Assembly: GCF_002113885.1 (NCBI RefSeq)
Contig: NW_018405640.1
Coordinates: forward strand, 193,220-257,219
Direction of reading: 5' to 3'
Length of the DNA stretch: 64,000 bases
Origin: Mizuhopecten yessoensis
Lineage: Eukaryota
The notes below the pieces were generated by a model, which had not been told where the DNA came from, did no database searches, and saw only the letters and a list, made by a program, of their open reading frames with translations. The position numbers and the translations under genes are program-made. Positions 41,201 through 51,870 of this stretch are shown here, in pieces. Each line of letters opens with the position of its first letter. Positions within the stretch are counted from its first letter, which is position 1.

Positions 41201-42756
41201 TTTAAGTTGACTTAAAATACTCCAAGCCAAAAGAGTTCTATTGTGATTATCAACTTACGAATTGTAATTTTAAGGATCAGCCCATGAAATTTGTGCTTAT
41301 ATTGTGTTATTGAGGAATAGTTTAGGCCAAACAAATAAACATGTTTGTTTCCTGTATCATGTGTGAAAAATAATCAGTTGGTGGGTAACAAATTGTATTT
41401 TTCATTATATTTCAATAAACATGTATTTTGTTAAGGCTTATAAAGAGTAATATGGAGTTTACCAGTGCATCCTTGAAAACTGCCAAAAAGGGTTAAGGGT
41501 AGGCACAAAAAGTAGGGTAGGAAGGGTAGGTAATTTCTACTAAGAATATTAGCCCAAGGGTGATAACTCTTATACCAATCCCACATAGAGTGGGTATGAT
41601 AAAACATGTATTTCTTTAAATTCGAAGATTCACTTGTCAGAAAAATGTGTATGTCAAAGTCTGTTAACTTTTCCTGCAATGGTGTCTGATTAAAAGATTT
41701 GCCTTTTAATTATTCATCCTGAATTGAACGGAAACTTGAAATTCTCTACAAAGTAATGATACAGTGTTCTCACAAAAGCGTCAGCCCATGACCCTGTCCA
41801 AATACTGAGGAAAAGGGAATAATACACAATTAATTAACAGGCAACGTCCTCCAACGACGATGTACAAAAACTGAACAAAATGAACAAACAATTCACTCAC
41901 ACCGGCGTACGCCCACGTCCCTGTTTCTAAACTGAAGAAGTAACAGTGTTCTCCATTTTCTTTCCATCCTGGGGGGCATGCTAAAAAATATAATAAGTAA
42001 ATCACGAATTAATGAAATACAGTAACGTCTGGTTGGTCCTGATAAATTCAGAAAAAAAGGAAAAACCGAGAGAGAAAAAAGTATGTAAGCACACGAATGC
42101 AACATGGGCATCATCAACCTCTACCCCAGGGAATGAGAGCAGGGTCTGTAATCATGCTCGACTAGGCCAATTATCTTGGGTCAGTGATAAATCAATAAAC
42201 GGACATTTTGTCATTTGGCTATACATGTTGACTATGCTGCATGATTTCCTATGAGTTAGAACAGTTATGTATCAGCGCTTACAGAACTGTTGAGCGTAAA
42301 AATGGTTTCAAGAACACGGGGTAAGGTTTCACCTCAAACATTTTGTAGTGGTCCAGGATATTTTTATTTTTGCTTTGTTGACTCCTCAATTCATTTCTCG
42401 TTTTTTTTCGACTTTGATTTCATACTTTGTGCTTATCTATTGAAACTGTGCTTGTATATATAAAAGAAATGTGATCAATAAACACATGAAATAAATGTGA
42501 TAAGTGAACATAAGTACTAATGATACATATGTATCGTAAATGTAATTCATGAACGTAAGTATTTAACGTAAGCAATGAGCATACATCCTAAACGATACAA
42601 AAACGAACCTATATCAGAACCGTTACAAGTATTAAACAAAAATATATATATAAACTACGTGACACATCAACATATGTATAAAGAATGTCAAAATAACATT
42701 TTACCTTGAATCAACGGTGCCAACACAGTTATAAGTGATAATATGCTCCTCATCAT
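38210..42756 (-). CDS. Secreted single-domain C-type lectin (perlucin-like), paralog A, 155 aa, 5 exons
   Basis: Exons 42705-42756, 41901-41980, 39912-40002, 38860-39073 and 38210-38240, with the same sizes as paralog B (52/80/91/214/31). MMRSILSLITVLAPLIQA signal; WSPGEPND, WNDVPC; ends NDFGQETIG*. AATAAA near 38153-38158 (minus strand). Confidence 0.93.
40200..41120. repeat. 59-60 bp minisatellite (~15 copies) in intron 2 of lectin A
   Basis: Unit AATATGTTTCCTTACTCCGTGTTTATATTGATTACCAACCAGGATAAGATACTAATTATTA. Confidence 0.92.
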
Positions 42757-42817
42757 GTTGCTAGTGTATGCCAAGTGTTGTTCTCGAAGTATGAAGACTA
42801 TATATTTCCCTACAATA

Positions 42818-42828
42818 CCTATATATAG
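42818..42828 (-). promoter_or_regulatory. Candidate TATA box of lectin A
   Basis: CTATATATAGG on the minus strand about 65 bp upstream of the CAACATG start. Positional inference only. Confidence 0.35.
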
Positions 42829-42935
42829 TAGTTACTGCATCGACAACGTAGACAATCAGTCTAGATAACGTTCAAAAGTAAGCTACACAAGACAACACTT
42901 ATATAGGTCATGACCTGGATCCCAACATGTTCGGG

Positions 42936-45692
42936 ATTGTAGTATCTATCATGTTTATCGTATCTTAGATATCTGGAGACATAAATGAAGACTTTCCAGA
43001 ATTCAACGAAAAAATGTCATGGCTGGTGCCACATACATAATAAAAATACTTCGTACATAGTCGTGAAATCATACTTTTGTTATAACATGCTATACATTTA
43101 TATTAATCAATCCTATTGGACCGGGTGTGTGGTATTGAATCACATGGAATAAAACCGGAATACTCTGAGAACCAAAACGTGACCGGTCAGATGGTCCAAT
43201 ACCTTTTCATGTCCAATCGGGGAATCGAACCCCACTCCATTTTATCAAAAGATGATTTTGATCAATTTTGAATGTACAGTAAGGTGCCCATGAGCGCGCG
43301 ATGCTATTTAGACCTAACACGAGTACATTAACTTTACCACAAATTTGACAACAAATATAGCAAAGAACAGATAAACATTTTGTATGATATGTTAAGAGTT
43401 TACAAAACAATAAAAATAAATTAGTATATTGGTAAATCACATAATCAAACAATGTCCTCATAAGTACTATGGCAGTCGACTATACAAAGTCGGTACAGAA
43501 ACATCAAGGACCAGGGAAACATCAAAGCAAAAGGGAAGACATCGTAATATCCATTAAGGATGTCCTGAGGCTGTGTGAGGTGTCCGCCATTAAGGATTTA
43601 TACCTCGGTATGGCTTGAAGTTAAACTTCTTTGTTTGTTGATCAGCTTGTAGAAAAAAAATATGGTCGAACTCGGCAGCCTCCATAATGTCATCATACAA
43701 GTCGCCTCCCATCCCCGTTCTGGCTTGTCGTAGGAGGCTTCTTGGGTTCTATTGGCTGTGACAATGTCTACGGTTGGTAAGTTTCCGAAACCAGGTGAGC
43801 CAATTTCTTACTGCTTTTGGTACGTCTATGCTTGGGAATACTATCTTACGTAGATCGGACGGCGGAACCGTAAAACAACCCAAATCACTACCTCAACAAA
43901 ACGGCCGTGCCTCGACCAGCACCCATTGGAAAGACACACAGATAGATATGCTGAGGATAATGATGCTGACAGGATGCCCTCTAATCCACAAGAGCCAACG
44001 CAGAGAGCTGCAACAACAAGCCCCGACACTATGGACATAATTATTGCCATTCTGAACGTTCAGAACATACAAGCCAACAACGTCTGCATCAAAACCTGCT
44101 GCATGCACACCAGATCATATGCATCCAGTAGCACTGGCTGTTCCAGTATGAACAGCTGGACAAATACATAAACACCTGACGATGGAAACAGTTGAGTAGC
44201 AGTCATCTGTCTTACTTCAACTCCAACACCCCTCCATCTGTATAATCAACGTTTACTTGCCTAGCAGAAACAGCAAGGTTAGCAAGGAGGACTATGCCGA
44301 AACGGCGGACACAATTCACGAGCTAGTTACCAAATACAGCGCCAAACATAGAGTTATGTTCATGGGGACCTGAACGAATCCCTGTACCGTGAACCTGCCA
44401 ACGAGTATGACAGACTCCTTCGAACTTTTGTAAAAAAAGCACAACCTCCTTCCACCAACCTGTTATCCGACCTCGATACCTTTTTCCCATCACGACGGAA
44501 AAAAACAGCGCACAGCTGGACAACATATTACACCTGGAAAGCAGTAATTTCCAACTGAATGTAAAGAACATAGAAATAGACCCAACCAACACATCGGATC
44601 ACACACCCGTATCAACAAGCATATCTATAAATCCGACAGGATATATAGCCGCCAGTAATCGATCAGCAACCTCCACGTTAACCACACCACAATGGAAGAA
44701 GTGTAGAATCAACACATTCAAAAACACTATGGAAAAACTGTTAGACAAGAACTCGTATAAGGCAACGTGTATAGACATCACACTAAAAGTTGTCTAACAA
44801 TTGGCCTTCACCAGGCAATGGAAGATAGTATTCCCAAGCATTGACGTACCAAAAGCAGTAAGAAATTGGCTCACCTGGTTTCGGAAACTTACCAACCGTA
44901 GACATGGTCACAGCCAATAGAACCCAAGAAGCCTCCTACGACAAGCCAGAACGGGGATGAGAGGCGACTTGTATGATGACATTATGGAGGCTGCCGAGTT
45001 CGACCATAATTTTTTTCTACAAGCTGATCAACAAACAAAGAAGTTAAACTTCAAGCCATACAGAGGTGTTAATCCATAATGGTGGACACCTCACACAGCC
45101 TCAGGACATCCTTAATGGATAGTATGAAGTCTTCCCTTTGGGTTTGGTGTTTCCTTGGTCCTTGATTTTTCTGTACCGACTTTGTATAGTCGACTGCCAT
45201 AGTAATTATGAACACATCGTATGATTATGTGGTTTACCAATATACTAAATTATTTTTGTTGTTTTATAAACTCTTAACATATCATTTATCTGTTCTTTGC
45301 TATATTTGTTGTCAAATATTGTGATAAAGTTAATGTACTCGTGTTAGGTCTAAATAGCATCGCGCGCTCATGGGCTCCTTACTGTACATTCAAAATTGAT
45401 CAAAATCCTCTGTTGATAAAATGGAGTGGGGTTCGATTCCCCGAATGGACATGAAAAGGTATTGGACCATCTGACCGGCCACGTTTTGGTTCTCCGAGTA
45501 TTCCGGTTTTATTCCATGTGATTCAAGATCAAAAACCTGGTCCAGTAGGATTGGTTAATATAAATGTATAGCATGTTATAACAAAAGTATAATTTCACGA
45601 CTATGTATTTTTATTATGTATGTGGCACAAGCTATGATTTTTTCCGTTCAATTCTGGAAAGTCCTTATTAATGTCTCCAGAGATACTACAAT
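42936..45692. repeat. Long inverted duplication: arm A 42936-43847, arm A' 44822-45692
   Basis: Continuous reverse-complement similarity with scattered substitutions and indels, e.g. GGTAAGTTTCCGAAACCAGGTGAGCCAATTTCTTACTGC versus GCAGTAAGAAATTGGCTCACCTGGTTTCGGAAACTTACC. Confidence 0.93.
43850..45125 (+). mobile_element. Degraded LINE fragment: apurinic-endonuclease domain and EN-RT linker
   Basis: Frameshifted motifs IIAILNVQNI, IINVYLPS, VMFMGDLN-like, QLDNIL, NTSDHTPV, followed by FYKLINKQR..DILNG. Confidence 0.75.
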
Positions 45693-46253
45693 GCGTCGAC
45701 TTCTTGCAGTTCAGCCCCAACCTTCCATTATGGCTCCCTTCCCTCCCCACCTCATACCCTCTACAAATCCAGGATCCGCGCCTGACATGACTTGTAATAA
45801 GCCGACAGAGTATTTGTATATTATAAGAAATTAAGAATACAAGACATGAATGTAATTTCCGACTATGGTAAGGTTCAATTCTCTTAATTTAGAATTTGCG
45901 ATCACAACACAGTCACTTACATATTTTGTTGTTTTAGAGTTAGTGACTGTACTACATCTGAATAAACAAAGTCTTACTCCAGTTCTGTTGCGTGACTATC
46001 TGTAGGTCTGTTTAGTGACTGTAATTTTATTGTGAATATATACATCTTTCAAGTATTTGTCTGTACATCTGTCCATCATACGAATTACAGACGTTTCGCC
46101 CCAAAACCGGTCCGCCCCAGACCATTTCGCCCCAACTTTATTTCACATAGCCTCAATTTTCACTTCATTTCGCCCCAAGTATGACAACCATATCGCCCCA
46201 AAATTTCTTTTCACCCCAAAAACCGTTTCACCCCTAAAACTATATCGCCTCAA

Positions 46254-47088
46254 CATGGGGTATGCGTATCAATGCCAAGAAGTGTTACATCATGAGCATT
46301 AACTGCAAGTCACAGCACTTCTACCAGCTTGACAACCACATCCTACAGCAAGTGCAGGAATCCCCATATCTTGTAATCATTCTATCAGAAGATCTTAGAT
46401 TTTGTCCATAAAATCACCAAGATAGTAAAGAAGGCTAACTCCACTCTAGGGTTTCTGCGGCGAAACCTTAAACATTGCTCAGCTTCATGTCGACAAACAG
46501 CGTTCCTCGCCCTAGTTCGATCAACTGTAGAGTATAGCTCTGTGGTCTGGGACCCCTATCTCGGCAAGACATCGACCAGCTAGAGCGCATCCAACGCCAG
46601 AGCCCGATTCATCACGAGAGATTACACCTCCGGGGGATCAGGTTGTATCATCCAGATGCTCCAGGACCTGGGCCTGTCCTTACTTCAAGAGAGAAGGAAG
46701 CAGAACCGACTAGCATTCTATTATAAAGTGGTCGAGGGGCTTGTGCCAGCCTTGCACTGCCAGGACTAGTTAACACCACTCCGAAGGAAACGGAACATTA
46801 GAGCCAAACGTTTTACAGACTGTGTCACAAGAAAATATTATAGAAAACCAAGAAACCAACGACTCTGGGTGCTTTAAAACTACAAACTGTAACACTCCTG
46901 TCTACAAAAACTCATTCTTTCCCAAAACGACCATCGACTGGAATCAGCTTCCAGACAGCGTTGTGTGTGCAGAGTCACTCAAGTGTTTAAAGTTAGCCCT
47001 GCAACTGCACGACTAAGCGCCTCTAACACTCTCTCCTTCGATGAGTTTAGGCCTGAGAAGGCCCTACATCGTATATATCCAGACCCAG
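46254..47088 (+). mobile_element. 5'-truncated LINE 3' end (RT C-terminus), degraded
   Basis: WGMRINAKKCYIMSI..YQLDNHILQQVQESPYL..KKANSTLGFLRRNL..LVRSTVEYSSVVWDPY..KNSFFPKTTIDWNQLP; short CCAGA-repeat tail. Confidence 0.85.
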
Positions 47089-47439
47089 AAATCGTTATCG
47101 CCCCAACCACTACGAACGTATATTGAACGATTTCTGATCATGTGAAAGTGGCGGTAATTATTGCCAGTTTCACTTGAATATTAATGATTAGGAGGAACAC
47201 GTAGCCTCAAGTCTCATTCATTTTTTTAAAATGTTCATGTAATGGGTTTTTTAATGTTATTGTGTGATGAGTTATCAGTTTGAGTATTGATGAAAGAGAC
47301 AGTCAGTCAATTTGTGAAAAATAAAAGATATGCCGAATGATGTGCCATTACACAATAAGCATTTTGGCCCGGCCTTCATCAGTTGAGAAGTAAAAATACT
47401 GTTCTTACTCTAAACATTTGGCATATCAGCATGAATATC

Positions 47440-49905
47440 TTTTCATTTCAGAATATTTTATTGTACTGATCTTATGTACAAAAGGAATTGGGCAACAGGC
47501 ATAGCCTATATAAGCCCTCTCCTTACAAAACATAACAGTATATACATATCATATAAATGTTACTTTTACAGATGTTTCTTTAAGTATTAAAATAAGAGAT
47601 TATTTGTACTTTGAATTTGATTTGACAATACATATTTCAAATATCACAATTGTTATAAAAGAGATTATTTTACAAAGTTATTTGAGAATCTAATAAAAAC
47701 GTCTAGTGTCTCTAATGTAATTCTGAACCGTCTCCACAATATTTATATTCATATTTACGTCTCGTGATTGGAAACCATAAATAAAAGTTTGGGTATTGAG
47801 TGGAATAGCATCACTCATCGCTGACAGAGAGTTAAGTAATATTAGTCGTTGGTTAGTATAAAAAGGACAGTGCAGGAAAAAATGATCACGATCTTCGAAG
47901 GGGGAGCCACATATACAAGCAGGGCTATCATTTAGATGTGCATTAAATAAATCTGAATTTAAATTACTTGCAGAATTTCTTAACTGACATAATGTTATGT
48001 TAATTTTTCTATCACCGTGATATTTACAAATGTTACTACATATTGGGTGAACATCATCCATATGGGATGAACGTAAACATTCCTTTTTCAGAGCTCCAAG
48101 AGATGTCATAGTGGGAAACAGACAGGCTGGATTGTTCCATTCTGACATCAGTTTTGGAAAATAACTAGAGTTATATAAATGCGTTCTTGGTACTGGAATG
48201 TCAAATAACCTATTGTGTCGAAAGTTGTAATGTTCAAAGTTATTAAGAAAGGGCAGTATCAAGTCTGAGACATGAGATGGACAATTGTTATTAAAGAATT
48301 TAAAAAATGCAATATTTTAATGTAAATGTCTTCTTTTACTAAGTTTAACAAAGCCAGTCTCTCTATATAAAATGTTATGGCTCGTTCCTCGTCTTAAACC
48401 AGAAATAATGCGTGCTGCTTCAAGTTGGATTGACTCTAAGACGTTGCACTCTCTCTGGGAACAGTTAGCCCATACAATATCAGCATATTCGAGGATTGGA
48501 CGAACATATGATATATATATTGTTTCAAGGGATTTTCTATCAATCTTAAATTTTAACATTCTAAGTATATTCAGTCTTTTATATGCTTTTTCATAAATAT
48601 AATTTATATGAGTTGACCAGTTGGCTTTGCCATTGAAAATAAGACCAAGGTGTTTATGATCAATAACGTTACAGTATTAATAACTGCATTATTAAAAAAT
48701 AGATTAGGATGCAACGTCTCAGAGTCGACCCGCCTTGAGAAAAGTAGAGCCTCCGTTTTATCCGGATTGAAGATGATACCCCATTTATCAGCCCAGATAG
48801 AGATTTTACGTAAGTCTTCATTTAGTATGTCAGCAGCTTCCTGTCTGTTTCCCTCTATCAATGCATATAACGATGTGTCGTCAGCGAAAAGCTTGACATT
48901 AGAGATTAAAATTTCTCCGATATCATTTATGTACAGTAAAAATAAAAATGGCCCTAAAACTGACCCCTGTGGTACCCCCGCCTTTAACGTTTTCCAGTTA
49001 GATTTAAATCCATCAAAGACCACACTCCGTCTCCTATCAATTAAATACGAAGAAAACCATTTCAAAATATTACCACAAAACCCATATTTTTTAATTTGAA
49101 AATTAAACCATCATGCCAGACCCTGTCGAAAGCTTTGCTGATGTCACAAAATATCATTCTAGCCTCTTTACCTTTATCCAAGTGCTTTACAATTGCATCA
49201 TATATAACTAATAATTTATAGACAATTGAATCTTTAGGTAGAAACCCTGATTGATTCTTAGAATCAATATTATATCTTGAGAGATAATTAAACATATATT
49301 TAAAAACATTTTTTTCAAGAATTTTACTAAAAATAGGAGTAACAGAGATTGGTCTATAATTAGATGGGTTACTTCTTGCACCCTTGTACGTGTACACGGG
49401 TGTAACATGAGCATTGTTCCATGCAGAAGGGAGAATACCGGAGGAAATAGATTTATTGAAGATAAGTAAGAGAGGTCTTAATATAGATTGAGATACCCCT
49501 TTAATAAATTTTGGAGGGATGGAATCAGGGCCTTGGAGTTTATTAGTATTGAGTAGGTGAAACTGGTCAATGATGTCCTGTTCTGTAATGTCAAATGTCG
49601 AGAAGCTGTGCTCTGGCCGGTTACAGTCGGTTGGCAAATCATCAGCATTCTTTCCGGTCTCAGATATTGATGAAAAATAATCGTTAAAAGATTCAGCTTT
49701 GTCGACGGGATGTATTTTGAGTATGCCATTAATAACCAAAGGAGAGTCAATTTCACATTTATTTTTAAGATTCATAACAGATTTTGCAACACGCCACCAT
49801 TTCCTCGGGGGTATGGATTTGTCTATTAGAGAAGATTGTAATTTTGAAAGATATTTTTCTTTGGCCTCACGTATTGATAAAATTACTTCATTCCGAATAG
49901 TTCTG
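47440..49905 (-). mobile_element. 5'-truncated CR1-like LINE with frameshifted reverse transcriptase; 9-bp TSD ATGAATATC
   Basis: ORF pieces contain NYRPIS, DISKAFDRVWH, GVPQGSVLGPFLFLLYIND, LFADD and a C-terminal CxC..H..C motif. AATAAA plus (TGAAA)n tail. ATGAATATC at 47431-47439 and 49906-49914. Confidence 0.93.
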
Positions 49906-50549
49906 ATGAATATCAGCTGTTTCAATTTTTCCACAATGAAGAACGAAACTGATAAAGTTGGTTTGAAATAGTACATATATACAATTGTACGTCTCCGGTA
50001 GAATGTAACTAGGCAGAACACGATTGTTTTGTTTTTTTATAGTTTTGTTTTTAATTTGTTAATGAAAAATGAAAATATTACTTATACAAATATAAGTACA
50101 CACTCTCTTTTGCAACACACATATAGCACAATGGATCTTGTTGGATGTTTTGTTCAATCTACTGCACGCGTGTATAATTATAACCTAATTATCTTATACA
50201 CTTATACATATTATCTAAAATATACAAATACATGCCTTCAATACATACTATAGATATGGTAAGTTATCGATCTACGGCACAAGAATTATGTCCCAAACTT
50301 CAAGCGAATTGCAACAGATCTTATTTTTTTCATTTCTATCTTTACGAATATTACATAAAAAGTAGATATTTTACTTTAAAATTTGTCAAATAAGTGACTT
50401 TCGTGAAAGAAATTTGGGGGGGGATGTTTTTTGGGGCGAAATATTTGGGGCGTAATAGATGTTTGGAGCGAATTGGTTTGGGCGATATGAATCAGCTTGG
50501 GGCGTTTCGGTTTTGGGGCGAATCGTCAGATGTTTCGGCCCCAAAAACG

Positions 50550-51240
50550 CTGTGCAACTGTCTGTACGTCTGTCACGTATGTTGCGCGTCTGTTTGTACG
50601 TCTATCATGTATCTGTCTGTGCGTCTGTCACGTTTGTGTCTACATGTGTTGCGTGTCTCAGGGGCGTTTCTAGGATATTTGAAAGAGGGGTCGTAGAATG
50701 AAATCTTTTTGGACCTTTTTTTTTGCTAAAAAACATAAAATAATTGTGAAATGCACTAATGTAACGGTTCCTGACTTTGAGCATGTATATTTTATAGTTA
50801 AAGTGTCAGGGTGTTTATGTGTTTAATCAATGAATATGATAAATTGCCATATTCAATACAATATTAGCATCTAACGAAAGTTTTTATTTTTTTTGAAAAG
50901 GGTTTACGCCCTCACCGGGACCCGCCCCTGTGTCTGTCTGTAAGTCTGTTACGTATATCTGTCTGTACGGTCTGTCACGTAGATGTACGCACGTGTGTTA
51001 CGCATATGTCTGTACACCAGTTGCTGTGTATCTGTCTGTACGGTCTGTCACGTAGATGTACGCACGTGTGTTACGCATCTGTCTGTACACCAGTTGCTGT
51101 GTATCTGTCTTTATGTCTAGTGTTACGTATCTGTCGTTATGTCTGTTGCATGTTTGTTGTTCATCTGTCTGTACGTCAGTTACATATCTGTCTAGACATT
51201 TGTTACACAGCAACTGACTTACAGACAGATACCACGGACT
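50550..51240. repeat. Low-complexity TCTG/TGTACG-rich tandem region
   Basis: Repeated TATCTGTCTGTACGGTCTGTCACGTAGATGTACGCACGTGTGTTACGCA units, interrupted by the MITE at 50659. Confidence 0.7.
50659..50930. mobile_element. MITE, second copy of 6492-6763, with 5-bp TSD TGTCT
   Basis: CAGGGGCG...CGCCCCTG termini; TGTCT lies immediately on both sides. Confidence 0.85.
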
Positions 51241-51870
51241 TAGATAGCATCTAATCTAATTCCGTGCAGATACGTAACAAACGAACAGACAGATATGTAG
51301 CATACGTACATTCACAATAAAATTACAGTCACTAAACAGGCATAAAGACAGTTACGCAACAGAACTTGAGTTAGACTTTGTTTATTCAGATGTAGTACAA
51401 AGTCACTAACTCCACGGAATTAGATCTAAGTCCGTACGCGTGCTAACTCTGAATATTCTGAATTAAAAGTATTGAACCATAACATTGAAAATTACATCCA
51501 TGTCTTGTGTTCTTAATTTCTGATAAAATACAAATACTCAGTCAGCGTATTACAAGTCATGTCAGGCGCGGATCCTGGATTTGTAGAGGGTATGGGGTGG
51601 GGAGGGAGCCATATAGTAGAAGGTTCAGTGGAGTCGGGGGCTGAACTGCAACGGAGGTAACAAATGTCTAGCTGTTATTACGAATTATATTTTGAAATAA
51701 GGAACGGATACGGTATATCATATGAGTAGGGTGTTCTCTTTTTGTCATGACTATTTTCATTGATAGAAACAAATGCCTGTGATCTATATATGGGTATACA
51801 TCAAATCCGATTGACATGTGTAACTGAGTTACCTCCCTTCGATGAGCTCTCGTTAAACAACATTAAAAAA

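Larger units (their letters stand above)
46090..50527. mobile_element. TIR DNA element with CGCCCC subterminal repeats, carrying two nested LINE insertions
   Basis: Left end GACGTTTCGCCCCAAAACCG with repeated TTCGCCCCAA; right end repeated TTGGGGCG finishing CGGTTTTGGGGCGAATCGTC. The left-end repeats resume at 47089 after the first LINE. Confidence 0.75.
45704..51652. repeat. Second inverted repeat pair: arm B ~45704-46070, arm B' ~51285-51652
   Basis: e.g. CCCTCTACAAATCCAGGATCCGCGCCTGACATGACTTGTAATA versus TATTACAAGTCATGTCAGGCGCGGATCCTGGATTTGTAGAGGG; GTACTACATCTGAATAAACAAAGTCT versus AGACTTTGTTTATTCAGATGTAGTAC. Confidence 0.88.

Noticed and set aside
42936-45692. Single foldback or TIR transposon with ~900-bp TIRs
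   Set aside because: The arms include part of the LINE that continues from the spacer, and I found no TSD or transposase. A local inverted duplication fits better.
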